A stretch of 64,000 nucleotides of DNA. It comes from Trypanosoma brucei (taxonomy: Eukaryota). Numbering within the stretch: position 1 is the stretch's first letter; each line of letters starts with the position of its first letter. Under the pieces are notes generated by a model. The model saw nothing but the letters and a program-made list of their open reading frames with translations. It ran no database searches and was not told the origin of the DNA. This document shows positions 11,588 to 22,399 of this stretch, in pieces. Position numbers and translations under genes: made by a program. Where the stretch lies: assembly GCA_000002445.1 (NCBI GenBank), contig CM000208.1, forward strand, positions 2,432,001-2,496,000. Direction: 5' to 3'.

Positions 11588-13255
11588 ATGGATCTTGACA
11601 ACGTGGTTCTTGATGATGATGTGTTGCTCGGAGATGGTGTAGCCGCTTCCGTGCCGCCTCCCCTGCTGGTGTCGGCGCCCGTGTTGGACCTTGCGATGCA
11701 TCCAACACTTCCGTTATTTGTTGCTGGTCTGGTGACAGGTGATGTAGAGATACACGAATATTGTGGGGCAGAGACTCGTCATCGTCCGACATCGCAGCAG
11801 TACTTTACAGACATGGACACCACACATGCGTTTAGCCCTTACAATATTCGTATGCACCCTCGTGGGGGTGTGACGTCTATGGAATTCACAGAAGACGGGA
11901 AATATCTTGTTTCGGTGAGCAGCGACCGCACAATTAGTGTGTTTGACTGTGTGACTGAAAAGATGGCGTTGCATATTGCTGCAAAAGAGTCTGACACGTC
12001 CGCAGGGGCACCGGCAAAGGCAAAGGTCAAGGAAACAAAAGAAAGAGAGACAAAAGCGAAGAATAAGGTGGGGCAAAATGACAATCTTGTTAAGTCTAAA
12101 AAGAAAAAGAATCCCCATAAATTTGGCATATCCGCGGTTAACGTGTGTGATGCAAACACAATAGCCACGGGTGATGATGACGGCATGATTGTGCTGTGGG
12201 ATATGAGGAAGCGGAAGGCTGCTCATCATTACCACGAACATGGCGACTACGTTTCACAAATGGTCTACTTTTCAGACATTGAGGAACTTGTATCGAGTAG
12301 CGGTGATACCTGTCTAGGGGTGTTCGATATGCGTGCTGGAAAAATTCGTGATTACAGTGAGAAACGTAAGGATGAGTTGAATTGTTTTGCGTTTGTAAAT
12401 AACACAGCAAGCAATAGAAATACCTTCATCCCGAGCATCATATGTGGTACACCGAAGGGCTGCCTGCCTGTGTGGAAGTTTGGCTCGTGGCGCCGTCCGT
12501 ACGATATGATGGATCGGCACCCCGCAGAATGTGAAAGCATCATTTCGTTTAACAACCCTGATAGCCCCTTTAACCACAATATTATTCTCACTGGCGCGTG
12601 TGACGGCCTTGTACGTGTCCTTGAAATGTACCCTGTTCGCCGTAATCTCTGTCAACTGAGTGCGAGGGATTTCACTTATTCGCATCAGAGTGCACTTGGC
12701 TGTGGTGGTAGCAGCAATAGTTACGCGAACACGGCGGTCCGACGACAGAGGGGCAACCAAGGGATTAGCCGAATGCGTTTAAGCTTTGATTCATCCCTAC
12801 TAGCCGTCTGTGGGACCGACAACATCATCGACTTTGTTGATGTTGCATTTCTTTCAAATGAGAAAGAGCTGAATAAACTTCGGTCACAAACGGAGCAGCG
12901 GCATTTGGAGGTCCTGAAGGAAGTAGAAGAGGAACGGAATAAGGAGGCGGAAGAAGATAGTGACAGTGGTAGTGATGGCAGCAGCAGCGCGGAGGGTGTC
13001 GTCTCGGTGGAAGACACCGTTGGCAAAAAGAGAGGGAGGGATGCAGAAAAAACAGAACTGGAGAGTAACGTTGGTCGTGGGGACGGTGTTGACGAAGAGG
13101 AAGCAGATGTCGAGGTTAAGACGGAAAGGCAGAAGAGACGTGAAAGAGTTGCTGCTGCTAAGTGGTTGAAAGTGGAAAAGAAGAAGAAAGTTAATTTCAC
13201 GTTTGAGAAGCGAAGACGACGTGTTCACGGTTTCTTTGGCGATCTTAATTCCTGA
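11588..13255 (+). CDS. WD40-repeat protein, WDR55-like (nucleolar rRNA-processing factor family), with an acidic/basic C-terminal tail
   Basis: ATG start. WD motifs 'ATGDDDGMIVLWDMRKRK' and 'SGDTCLGVFDMRAGKI' parallel WDR55 'ATGDDTGGIRLWDQRK' and 'SGDGCLGVFNIKRRRF'. N-terminal 'GDVEIHEY' resembles WDR55 'GDVYLYSY'. The C-terminus is rich in E, D, S and K. Confidence 0.6.
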   Translation: MDLDNVVLDDDVLLGDGVAASVPPPLLVSAPVLDLAMHPTLPLFVAGLVTGDVEIHEYCGAETRHRPTSQQYFTDMDTTHAFSPYNIRMHPRGGVTSMEFTEDGKYLVSVSSDRTISVFDCVTEKMALHIAAKESDTSAGAPAKAKVKETKERETKAKNKVGQNDNLVKSKKKKNPHKFGISAVNVCDANTIATGDDDGMIVLWDMRKRKAAHHYHEHGDYVSQMVYFSDIEELVSSSGDTCLGVFDMRAGKIRDYSEKRKDELNCFAFVNNTASNRNTFIPSIICGTPKGCLPVWKFGSWRRPYDMMDRHPAECESIISFNNPDSPFNHNIILTGACDGLVRVLEMYPVRRNLCQLSARDFTYSHQSALGCGGSSNSYANTAVRRQRGNQGISRMRLSFDSSLLAVCGTDNIIDFVDVAFLSNEKELNKLRSQTEQRHLEVLKEVEEERNKEAEEDSDSGSDGSSSAEGVVSVEDTVGKKRGRDAEKTELESNVGRGDGVDEEEADVEVKTERQKRRERVAAAKWLKVEKKKKVNFTFEKRRRRVHGFFGDLNS

Positions 13256-13625
13256 GGTGAGCCATTCGACTCAACCTGTTGCGCATCTGAAACCCGACGA
13301 CTCAATGACGCCTTCACCCATCCACTGTAGCTTCATGGTGAGCTTATTCGGTTAAACTTAATGTCCAACTAATTGCAAATAATAAACAGCATAAACCATG
13401 AAAATAACGAAGGGACATGTGGTCGGTTCCGTCGTTCTTGTGCCGTCCTTTCAGTAGTTGTATGGGAGGGCTGTAACCAATTTTTGAAATGTATTATGTG
13501 CACCTTGGCAACCCCCTGTCTGGTGTGTTCGTTAACTCTGGTCTTCGCTTCACCGTGATTTCTTTACTTCCTTATTAATATTATTATTTTGCTTTCAATT
13601 TGTTCGGCAGTCGTTAGCTGTGACA

Positions 13626-14066
13626 ATGCCACCTAAGAAGGACGAGGCAGCGCCAGTGAAAAAGAAAAAGGAACCACCAAAGGAGCTTTGTGGCTGCGGC
13701 GTCGACACTTATCGCCCACCACCAAAGGGGAAGAAAAAGAAGAACCAGCTTCCCATCGAGCACGCACCCGGTTGCCCTTACCAACGAACTGTATGCACCG
13801 CCTATCCCTATCTGCCCCTCTGTTCCGTTTGCCTCAATCCCTGTAAGTATTGCTTGGGAACTAATAGGTGGTGCCCTCACTGCTATGAGAAGCGCTGCAT
13901 CAATGTGTATAAGCGGGTTGTTCATGGCCACGAACGGCTGGATCCGCAACGAAGCGCTTCTACTTTGGGCATGGTCCCTGACCCCAGCGTCGGTATGCTG
14001 GACTCACGAAGCCGACCTCCGAAGTCTTCATCTCCGCGTGAACTGAGGGCAGACAGATCTTCGTGA
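13626..14066 (+). CDS. small Cys-rich basic protein (146 aa), hypothetical
   Basis: The listed ORF starts on GTG at 13620; the first ATG is at 13626. It is immediately preceded by a strong polypyrimidine tract plus AG ('tctttacttccttattaatattattattttgctttcaatttgttcggcag'). Contains a Lys-rich N-terminus and 12 Cys in C-x-C and C-x2-C spacing. Sits alone in a 1.6-kb gap. Confidence 0.4.
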   Translation: MPPKKDEAAPVKKKKEPPKELCGCGVDTYRPPPKGKKKKNQLPIEHAPGCPYQRTVCTAYPYLPLCSVCLNPCKYCLGTNRWCPHCYEKRCINVYKRVVHGHERLDPQRSASTLGMVPDPSVGMLDSRSRPPKSSSPRELRADRSS

Positions 14067-14858
14067 GGGAACGATGTCGGTGGATGGGTGCATCAGGGCA
14101 CTTACGTGGAATATCACGAGAGGGAGACGAATGACGATACGGTTGCGGAGAATGGCACATGGAAGCGGTGGGTTTTCCATCCAACATGACTCTTGTTTGC
14201 ATCAAAAAAGAGAGTCCGCACATGTATATGTCTGTTTCACAAATAGAAATGTTGGTGAGGCTCAACAGCTAGGGTGCCTTAGATTACTGAAAAAGTGGTG
14301 GTGTGTGCGGTTTCTTTTCGATCACCGAGTGTGATTGACGCGAAAAAACGCACGGAGATGCTCCTGTGCCTCTGTGCATGTATCTTGTTATTTAGCGGTC
14401 GCTTAACTGTTTGGGTGACGACAACGTACAATGACAATGAAACCAGCTTGAGAATGAAGGTGGGGATGAGGTGGAAGAATAACTTAGCAGAAAATTTAAA
14501 GTTTCCTGACAGACTGGCATTCTTTTTATTTGAGACCCATATGCCGTAGACTCACGGTTATACTGTACACTCATCCCCCTTTATGTCAACCTTTGGTAAA
14601 GCATGACACTCTGATGGCAGGTGTGGCTGACAAGCCAAGGCATGCGTTTTCTCCCACTCTTGTGCTTCATTAGGCAGGGACCAGGAGAGGGCAATTAGGC
14701 ATAATTGATATTTCCCCTTGAAGTGACTCGATTAACTGGGGTTCAGAGATAACCCAGCCACCAGCGAGTCGTCTGGCCCGTGTGCTTGACGCGATAAGAA
14801 GGGTAGGGCACATATCAATCACAGATTTAGGAGGTTTGACACTGTTGGAGACAAAGTG

Positions 14859-17800
14859 ATGTCCGTTGCGCTCGACGAGAACACCGTTTCGATCCCCCTG
14901 TGGCCAGTGAACGGAGTGCCGACGAGGTCGACGGGTCAAATCCTGCAGGCCACGCTGACTGGTAAGGAGACGCCACGGTTCACACTAACGTTCTTTGATC
15001 CCCAGAACCCAACGACGTTGTACGCATGTACCAGCAGCTCGCTAGTTTATGCGTTTTTCCTAAACAAAAATGTGGTCAGATTGTTCATAGCCCTTGAATG
15101 TGCCATAACGGCCATGACATGCTTTAGTTGCTCAGGAAGTTCTTTATTTGTTTGCGCCACTGGTGACAATTCTCTCGTTTGGGTCGATTGCGCCAGCGGC
15201 CGGATAGTGAAAAGAATGAAGACACCGCACCAACACGCGGTCAACATGATCAGATTATCGCATGTAATTGGAGACCACCGGTCTATCGTCACCGCATCAC
15301 GGGAATCACTGGCTGTTTGGGATGTAGCGCGGATGGCGTGCCGCATGTGCAGTAATGGGAAATCGACCAAGGAAAAGCGTGAATTTTTGAGTATCCATAC
15401 GGGCCGACAATCACTGTTAACAGTTGAACGGTTCGGTCGCGTAACAATGTGGGAGCCATCCACATTATCGCCAAGTAAGTCCATAATGCTGGCTATGCAG
15501 CCACGCGCGTCTGCTTTCTGCCAAAAGTGTTTAGCTATTGGTGGACCGGGCCCCCTGGTCGGCCTGCTGGAGGTGGAGGGTTTGACTCCCATCGGGTGCG
15601 TTCAACTTTCAACAGCACCAGTGGCAACACGGTCTCTTTTTATTATTAACGACACTCTTCTTGCGTGTGAGCTAACCAGCGGAACGGTAGTCTTCGTTGT
15701 TATCGGTAATTACACAGTGTCATTTTCCCTTGATGCACCGCATACGGGAGCAGTTCCAAGAAAAATGACGAGTTTTTCTCTGTCTGGGCCATCGTTTGCC
15801 GCTTTTGCGCAAGGAGAGAAGTTGACAATCTTCCATTTGCCTACCGCACGGCAACACTACGTCCACCGAGAGCGATTAGGAGGTGGTTATTCTGACTCAA
15901 CGTTGCCGGCTCGGTTGCATTCGTTCGTGCAGGGGAAGAGCAACGCATACAGAGAGGGTGCATCACGAACAAGCAAAAAGTGCGCAAGAGACGAGAACCC
16001 TGGCAGTGACGTGGAACTTCCACGACCTAATCTTAGACCTGCCGATAAGGACGTGAATAAGTGGGTTAAAGTGAAGGCGCTTCCTGCTGGGGTGCAAGAT
16101 GAGGTCAAGTCCACAAAAGGCAGCGCGGGAGGTCGTGTTGAGCCCCTTGAGCGTACAGGAAAGGATCGGAAGGTGGAGAAAGGCATCGGTCCCAGACCAA
16201 AAGGTGGAGTAGAACTGTCACTAAGACCCTCCTTAGACGAGGAGTCTCGCAAAGCAAATATGAACCACCTCCAGCAGCTGTTGCTGCGCTACGGACTTTT
16301 TCCCGATACGTATCGTGCGGTCACATGGCGGTTCTTGCTGCAGCTACCCGACAAGCGCTTTACAGCGTCGCAGTACGCGCAGTTGGCAAGTAAGGGAACA
16401 CACCCTTCCGCGCATATCCTCATGAAACCGTTTCGTCTTGCCAATGATGGTGTTCAGACTTCAATGGAAAAGGCGTTGTCTGTTTTGGTGTGGCACGTGC
16501 CCATGTTTGCGGCCATCCACTTCCTACCCATGGTTGTATATCCTTTCTTGCACCCTTTCGAAGGTGACGTGCAGTCAGTGGTAGAGGTCGTCCTAGTCTT
16601 CTTATCGAACTGGGGGAAGGAGTTTTTTCAGTTTTACCCGCAACAGCCCGTTGCCCTTACTACGCTTTTAGACCGTCTCCTCCGCGCGGAGGACGCAGAA
16701 CTACACAGACATCTTTCAATGTCCGGTGTTTTGGTAGAAGAATGGGGATGGGAGCCGCTGCGGTCAATATATAGTGATACCGTGAAACCTGCCGAATGGT
16801 TGCAAGTACTGGACCACACCTTTTTCAACGAACCCTTATGGTTCTTTCTTTTCCATATTCGCTGGATGATAAGCATTCGCAGTGACATCATGAAATTTCG
16901 AGATCAGAGGGAAATTATGAACTCTATTTTGACTACACATGACGTCGATGTAAACCGCATTATCGGTGAGACGTACCGCCTGCAGGCACGCTGTCCTAGG
17001 GGGGAACTGACCAATCCCTACAGCAAACTCGAAACCCTTGCGAACTATGCGTACCCTACGTTGTGGAAGTACAATGAAGAGAATGTCGAAAGGAAACTCA
17101 ACGACATGAAATTATTGCAGGAGCAAATAGAGCGGAGTAAGGCCTCCAGTCAGGAGATTGCGAAAATTTGTGACCAACTTGCCCAGGCTGATGTTTTGGA
17201 GGAGGTATACGTCAGGAAACAGCAGGCAGAGGCGGCGGCGCGCGTCAGCGCCAAGGCGGATAGTTGGAAGGGCGAGGTTGCACGTGAAATGGAAAGGCAA
17301 TACACCCGCGACATGGAAAAAATGCTTCGTTTGCGACAGATGCGTCAGCAGATCGAGCAGTCCGGCCGTTTAGAGGTACTTAACGAAGAACTGGAGTGTG
17401 CCAACATTCAGGTCGACCACTTACATGAAATACGCCAAAGGGAAGCAACACACTGGACGCTGGCAGACCAGCTGTCAGAACAGGAGTTACTGCACCTCGA
17501 GGAAGCAGCCCGCAATCGGCTGAAGGGGGCAAAAAAGGCCGTTGAAAGCGGCACCGTGGGGGCCGAACGGTCACCAGTGACTGATGGTGGTGAGTTCGGG
17601 GCAGTGAAATCAAGGATGACAACAGCAACACCAGATGTAGTAAGTGTTGTCAGGCCCCTGTCCGCATCTCCCGGAGAACAGCAGTTAACTTACGACCTCG
17701 GCAACCCCATGAATGTTTATCGGGCGCTACAGAACTCCGCGGCACGGGAAATGGTTGGTCGCCGGATACCTTCAGAGACTGGCGGTAAACGAGTGCAGCG

Positions 17801-18119
17801 TTCTTACGATGATACGCATGTAGCTGAGGTTGTTTCTACCGTCGGTGCTACTTTTCAACGGCAACATGGAGACCATCTCATAGCCGCTTTTGGCAAAGCC
17901 AGTGATAGTCGCAGTGAGAGGGGTGCGGCTCTTTACGATAACCTCCTTCCTCCGGGCGCATCACCGAGCGAAACCCAAACGTTGTGTTCATCAGACCTGA
18001 ATCGCCACACAACCGAACACCGGCAGACGAGTGAGAGTTATGAACCGTCGTCCGCTGCCACTGTTTTGCTCCGCCCTCAGGACCCTGGTGCGTACCGGCT
18101 ACAACGCTGTTCGCGGTAG
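14859..18119 (+). CDS. WD40 + TBC (Rab-GAP-like) domain protein with a C-terminal coiled coil; TBC1D31/WDR67-like architecture
   Basis: First ATG is at 14859; the listed start at 14856 is GTG. N-terminal WD-like repeats ('SLVWVDCASGRIV', 'SLAVWDVARMA'). Central segment 'LRYGLFPDTYRAVTWRFLLQLP...LSVLVWHVPMFAAIHFLPMVVYPFL...VLVFLSNWG' fits the TBC fold (RxxxW motif and helical core). The last about 350 aa are heptad-rich (E, Q, R). Confidence 0.55.
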   Translation: MSVALDENTVSIPLWPVNGVPTRSTGQILQATLTGKETPRFTLTFFDPQNPTTLYACTSSSLVYAFFLNKNVVRLFIALECAITAMTCFSCSGSSLFVCATGDNSLVWVDCASGRIVKRMKTPHQHAVNMIRLSHVIGDHRSIVTASRESLAVWDVARMACRMCSNGKSTKEKREFLSIHTGRQSLLTVERFGRVTMWEPSTLSPSKSIMLAMQPRASAFCQKCLAIGGPGPLVGLLEVEGLTPIGCVQLSTAPVATRSLFIINDTLLACELTSGTVVFVVIGNYTVSFSLDAPHTGAVPRKMTSFSLSGPSFAAFAQGEKLTIFHLPTARQHYVHRERLGGGYSDSTLPARLHSFVQGKSNAYREGASRTSKKCARDENPGSDVELPRPNLRPADKDVNKWVKVKALPAGVQDEVKSTKGSAGGRVEPLERTGKDRKVEKGIGPRPKGGVELSLRPSLDEESRKANMNHLQQLLLRYGLFPDTYRAVTWRFLLQLPDKRFTASQYAQLASKGTHPSAHILMKPFRLANDGVQTSMEKALSVLVWHVPMFAAIHFLPMVVYPFLHPFEGDVQSVVEVVLVFLSNWGKEFFQFYPQQPVALTTLLDRLLRAEDAELHRHLSMSGVLVEEWGWEPLRSIYSDTVKPAEWLQVLDHTFFNEPLWFFLFHIRWMISIRSDIMKFRDQREIMNSILTTHDVDVNRIIGETYRLQARCPRGELTNPYSKLETLANYAYPTLWKYNEENVERKLNDMKLLQEQIERSKASSQEIAKICDQLAQADVLEEVYVRKQQAEAAARVSAKADSWKGEVAREMERQYTRDMEKMLRLRQMRQQIEQSGRLEVLNEELECANIQVDHLHEIRQREATHWTLADQLSEQELLHLEEAARNRLKGAKKAVESGTVGAERSPVTDGGEFGAVKSRMTTATPDVVSVVRPLSASPGEQQLTYDLGNPMNVYRALQNSAAREMVGRRIPSETGGKRVQRSYDDTHVAEVVSTVGATFQRQHGDHLIAAFGKASDSRSERGAALYDNLLPPGASPSETQTLCSSDLNRHTTEHRQTSESYEPSSAATVLLRPQDPGAYRLQRCSR

Positions 18120-18587
18120 TTTGTGGGCCTCCCCATCGTCGTCGCCTTTCTCACTCGGGGAGTGGTATTCACCTTCTATTTTTCTAATCTGATATACTCC
18201 TCCTATAAACTCACATAGACTGGTGGTAACGGTGAAGTTGTTGTGGTCTGCAACAATAACGAAATCAATTTGGGTAGTGAAGAGCCCCTTGCGGAAACCC
18301 GAAGGAAGGTGGCGGCAAGGGGAGGAAAGGGAAGGAAACAACAGAGTATATTGCAAACGTTTCCCGGTCTCTCGGTGTTGTTTCCTTTTTATTTTGTGTG
18401 CATATGCCAACGTGCCTTGCTCCGGACTCATATGCTTTCTTCTCACCACTCTTGAAGGTATTTAACTCTATGTATCGTCGGATTGGTACGTAGGAACGTG
18501 GGGCCCGTAAGACGAGAAGAAAAGTCTAGCTGACATAAAGAAATAATTTTTTTTCAGTGACTACTTGTTCGCTAACAATAGAAAAAT

Positions 18588-21056
18588 ATGAATAGCAGTG
18601 GTCTTGTTTTGGAACTCCTCTGCAATCTACGATGGGTTTTGTCGTACATAGTACAACGCCTAGACCCAATAGTGGAGAAGCACTACGGGCGTACAATCGA
18701 ACAAGCGAAACGGATGGAATCTGCAGTGTCTCGATCATTTGCCAATGCACAATCCCTCTCCGATCTTCCACCGGAGGTTCTCACTCTGGCACAGGAGGGT
18801 GTGGTTTACCTTCTCGTTGCAGAAGGCGTGCTTGGCTACTGCCCACCCACAATGCATTCGTTTTTGCTTCGCGGAGCATCGTCCTGTGTTTCAGAAGCAT
18901 TTAGTGGCTGCTTTAGCGGCAACAGCAGCGCTAGTTCCGCTTGTTCAAAGATACACTCAACGGCGAGTAACTACCAGGCTCAGTTTTTAGTTGTACGGTG
19001 GCTGACGGAGGAAGGAATCCTGACAGATGAGGAGTTGCTCGATGCGATGGATGAGGGAGGCGAAGTCCCACTGAATAAGCAAGAAAGTCGCTTTGGTTTA
19101 CATATGGCAATGGCGGAACGCCTTTCAGTCGAATGTTCCTTTTCAGTTCAGGCACATGTCGTTCTCACTCGATCGCTTCTCCTGTACTACTGCTCAACAC
19201 TGATTACTGTGGAGGACGTTGAATTACATCTCAACTTCCTGGACCCAACGTGCGAAAAGGAATTAACCAACATGGAGAGTGCCCTTTTACTCTGGCTACT
19301 CTGCCTACTGAAGAACATGCAGCGGGGAGGGACGATAAATGATCAAGTGTTTCGGGAACTTAAAGGGTCCGCTGATTCCTTGTACAAGACCGTTCAGAGC
19401 GGCACAGTATTAGCTCTTGTGATGAGTTTCTACAAGCCACATTTGCTTCCACCGAGTAGTATTGACGCACGTGCAAGCAACCCATCGGAAATGCTGCGGC
19501 AGCAACAACATTTCGAGCACTGGGGAAAGACGCTTCGTGTAGCAGAGGAGCTGGGGCTTTCTCCATGTCTGTATGCAGATGAGGCTGGACAATATGGTTC
19601 AGTTGTCCTTCAGCTTCATGTTCTTAGATTTATAGGGGAGTTGTTCGCAATGCTGGCCACACAAGCGGAGGATGTAGAAGGTTTTTGTGCTTATGCTGTC
19701 CGGTCGCAGAAACTTCACGCCTCAGCTGACTGTCAGCGTTGGTGTAGTATGATGGGTAGCGATCGGAGTGGAGGTCATGCGGATGGGTCGATGAATGTGA
19801 ATGGCATGGAATCGTCGTGTGAAACCTTTCGAGACGCGGAGTTGTCACAACGCAAAGGTGATAATGAAGACAGTGCCGTTGACCACACGAGGTCTATTAA
19901 CAGCTCTGTCGTTTATAGTTGTTTCCCCTCCGCCCACAACCGCCGTCAATACGATGTGATGAAAGCGAGTCTTTTACGTAGTGGGGAGAACGACATGGCG
20001 GCGCCCAAATACTGTTCCAGTTCTGGGAAGCACTGTGAAGCGCGAAACGTAAGTAGCGTTGAAGGGCACGTGGATTTAGGGGTTGAAGAATCCTTTGCAT
20101 CGGAAGGTCTTGTTCCGTCGGCAAGTGGGGCCCACCGGTCACCCACTGCTGCTCCTTCGTATGCGGGACTAGTTGATTCTTGCCGCACAAGAACAAGGAC
20201 GTCTGTTGCTAAAGTATGGTGGAGCAGCGATGAGGGAGACGTGGAGGTGTTTTCGCACTCAACCTCAGGAACGGGGAACGATGTTTTTCTCAACTCCACA
20301 ATTGTACAAGCTCCCTCCCTACCGAGCAGTGGTTGCGCTAACTCAAGCGTCTGCATGCAGCAAAGAGGATGGAAGCCACGTGACAGCTCGCTCCACCCCC
20401 CAGCGCCGTTCAACATTGAAGAAAGTGACGGGAGTGGAGCATCCCCACGCTTTGGTCACTCAGACATGCTATCACCTCTAAGCAGTACCGCATGCGAGGC
20501 GGAAGTTGTCGTGGGAATCGATGGATCGCGTATCACATCAGAAAATAGTTTCCGCATCAACACTGTAGAAAGAGGGTACACCCCTCAGGCAAGTAGTTCT
20601 GGGCTTTCCCCCCTCACACCTGTTGAAACGACTGACCGTGGTACAATTCCAGTGGACATGGCAATTCAGAAAAATAATGACGCCAAAAATGGCACGTTCC
20701 CGCGCGCACCACATAGTGGGGCGCGGGAACAAATGCAAAACTGTCCGCCGAACGATGAATCGGATGATGATGCCTTGCTACGGGAAGTTTACTCACTGTA
20801 CCCTGCTCTGCCTACTATTGACAGCCGTCAGAAGCTTCTTGAAACATTGGAACACCAGCATGTTTTGATCAAACGCCTTACCCAAAAGCTGTTGGAAGCA
20901 AAGAAGGCAAGCCCTTCACCGGCCGGACTTGCTCCACCAGAAGTCGCCGATCCAAACCGGACGCTTCCATCTATCATGAACAAAGCAAAGGAACGGTTCC
21001 ACCACGAAAGCGCAGCTGGTCGAATGGGTAACGAGAAAATGAATTCCGAAAAATAG
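18588..21056 (+). CDS. hypothetical protein (822 aa), Ser-rich C-terminal half
   Basis: Long ATG-initiated ORF with a trypanosomatid-like codon pattern. No domain recognised. Confidence 0.5.
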   Translation: MNSSGLVLELLCNLRWVLSYIVQRLDPIVEKHYGRTIEQAKRMESAVSRSFANAQSLSDLPPEVLTLAQEGVVYLLVAEGVLGYCPPTMHSFLLRGASSCVSEAFSGCFSGNSSASSACSKIHSTASNYQAQFLVVRWLTEEGILTDEELLDAMDEGGEVPLNKQESRFGLHMAMAERLSVECSFSVQAHVVLTRSLLLYYCSTLITVEDVELHLNFLDPTCEKELTNMESALLLWLLCLLKNMQRGGTINDQVFRELKGSADSLYKTVQSGTVLALVMSFYKPHLLPPSSIDARASNPSEMLRQQQHFEHWGKTLRVAEELGLSPCLYADEAGQYGSVVLQLHVLRFIGELFAMLATQAEDVEGFCAYAVRSQKLHASADCQRWCSMMGSDRSGGHADGSMNVNGMESSCETFRDAELSQRKGDNEDSAVDHTRSINSSVVYSCFPSAHNRRQYDVMKASLLRSGENDMAAPKYCSSSGKHCEARNVSSVEGHVDLGVEESFASEGLVPSASGAHRSPTAAPSYAGLVDSCRTRTRTSVAKVWWSSDEGDVEVFSHSTSGTGNDVFLNSTIVQAPSLPSSGCANSSVCMQQRGWKPRDSSLHPPAPFNIEESDGSGASPRFGHSDMLSPLSSTACEAEVVVGIDGSRITSENSFRINTVERGYTPQASSSGLSPLTPVETTDRGTIPVDMAIQKNNDAKNGTFPRAPHSGAREQMQNCPPNDESDDDALLREVYSLYPALPTIDSRQKLLETLEHQHVLIKRLTQKLLEAKKASPSPAGLAPPEVADPNRTLPSIMNKAKERFHHESAAGRMGNEKMNSEK

Positions 21057-21656
21057 CCCACAATATCAACACATTACATTTCCAACTTGGAAGGTGTTTT
21101 AACTTCACAGCGTCGTGACGCAGGGCACAAGGGCTGGCGAGATATCGAATGAACCTCCGCATTTATGAGGAGTGGCGAGGAACCGCTCACGTTGTTGTCC
21201 TCATCATCAACAATTTCAGAAACGGGAGGTCAGCGGGCGTTTCCTCATATCCGAGACAGGCACGTGGTTTGAAACGTGCATCTGGCTGACGTTGCATGTG
21301 TTAGCACCGAACTACCTTACGGCGGTACGTAGCCAGTCGATAGACCGTTTTTTTTTGTGTGTGTGTGAAGCTCACTCTCCATTGGAACCTTACAGATGGG
21401 CTTTATTCACTTAACACTTGCTTGTTTTCCAACCTAAGTTACTTGAGTACAAGTTTGTGGGTTTGCACGTGAGCGCGAGCCTCTGTTTTCCCCCACCAAG
21501 GGGAAAGTAGTCGAGTGGTTATTTTTGTGGGTTGATGTGCCCAGGCCGACATCTTCCGTGCTGCTGTGCGCCCTTCTTACCTTTCTCACTTACCTTTTTT
21601 ATTTGGATTATTGTCACGTAGTTGTCTGGTCTTAGGCCACGTCAACAGCGGATTCA

Positions 21657-22103
21657 ATGCCCCTAAGATGCACTAAACCACTGGGGGCGACACCCGCAAC
21701 GCCAACGGCCCCCCCAACAGGTCGCAAGGGACACCAAGTGGCTATTAACGGTTTCATCACCTGGATACTGGTAACAATGTCGTTGGTGGTGTATTTTCTC
21801 TGGGCGTTTATTCCCACATCATTCCTTGACATGGTCCTCGCGAGTTATTACCCTGACAAGTATTGGGCTGTTGCAATCCCCGCTATATTGGTTATGACTA
21901 TGGTGTACTACTTAACCGTGCATTTTCTGTTAATGTTATACAGGACGGACCCCCTCACCGACGGGTTTTGTGTGGCGCAGACAAACGGAGCGGTGAGGCA
22001 TGAAAGTATTGAGAACTTGGTCGATGTGGAGGACGGTGTTCCACCCATCACGGACATTCCAGTGAGTGTGGCAAGCAGGTTGTTGTTTCAACCGTGGAAT
22101 TGA
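21657..22103 (+). CDS. PIG-P / GPI19 subunit of GPI-N-acetylglucosaminyltransferase
   Basis: Two transmembrane helices and the conserved blocks 'FLWAFIPTSFLD...SYYPDKYWAVAIPAILVM' and 'VPPITDIPVSVASRLLF'. These align with human PIG-P 'LVWAFIPESWLN...TYWPQKYWAVALPVYLLI' and 'IPALRDISISEVNQMFF'. Confidence 0.8.
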   Translation: MPLRCTKPLGATPATPTAPPTGRKGHQVAINGFITWILVTMSLVVYFLWAFIPTSFLDMVLASYYPDKYWAVAIPAILVMTMVYYLTVHFLLMLYRTDPLTDGFCVAQTNGAVRHESIENLVDVEDGVPPITDIPVSVASRLLFQPWN

Positions 22104-22399
22104 TAAGGCAGGGGGTGGTCAGCGAGTATGCGTGAGCATGCACGACTGAAAGTTGGGGAATACGGCAGAAAAACTGTCTTTTCCATATACAAAAATTTGT
22201 GCAAACTCTCTTCTTTCGGATCGTGCGGTATGTCGCAACCAGTGGTGCATAGGACACACCAGTTAGAAAATATCTTCTGTTTGTTGTTGTTGTTTTTTTC
22301 CACCTGAGGGTTAGGTAGACAAGGGGTTGGCGGGTGAGATTTACGGTGTGAAGTAGTGGAGGTTTGCATTGTTCCCCACTAGTCCACTGAAGGGGTGGA

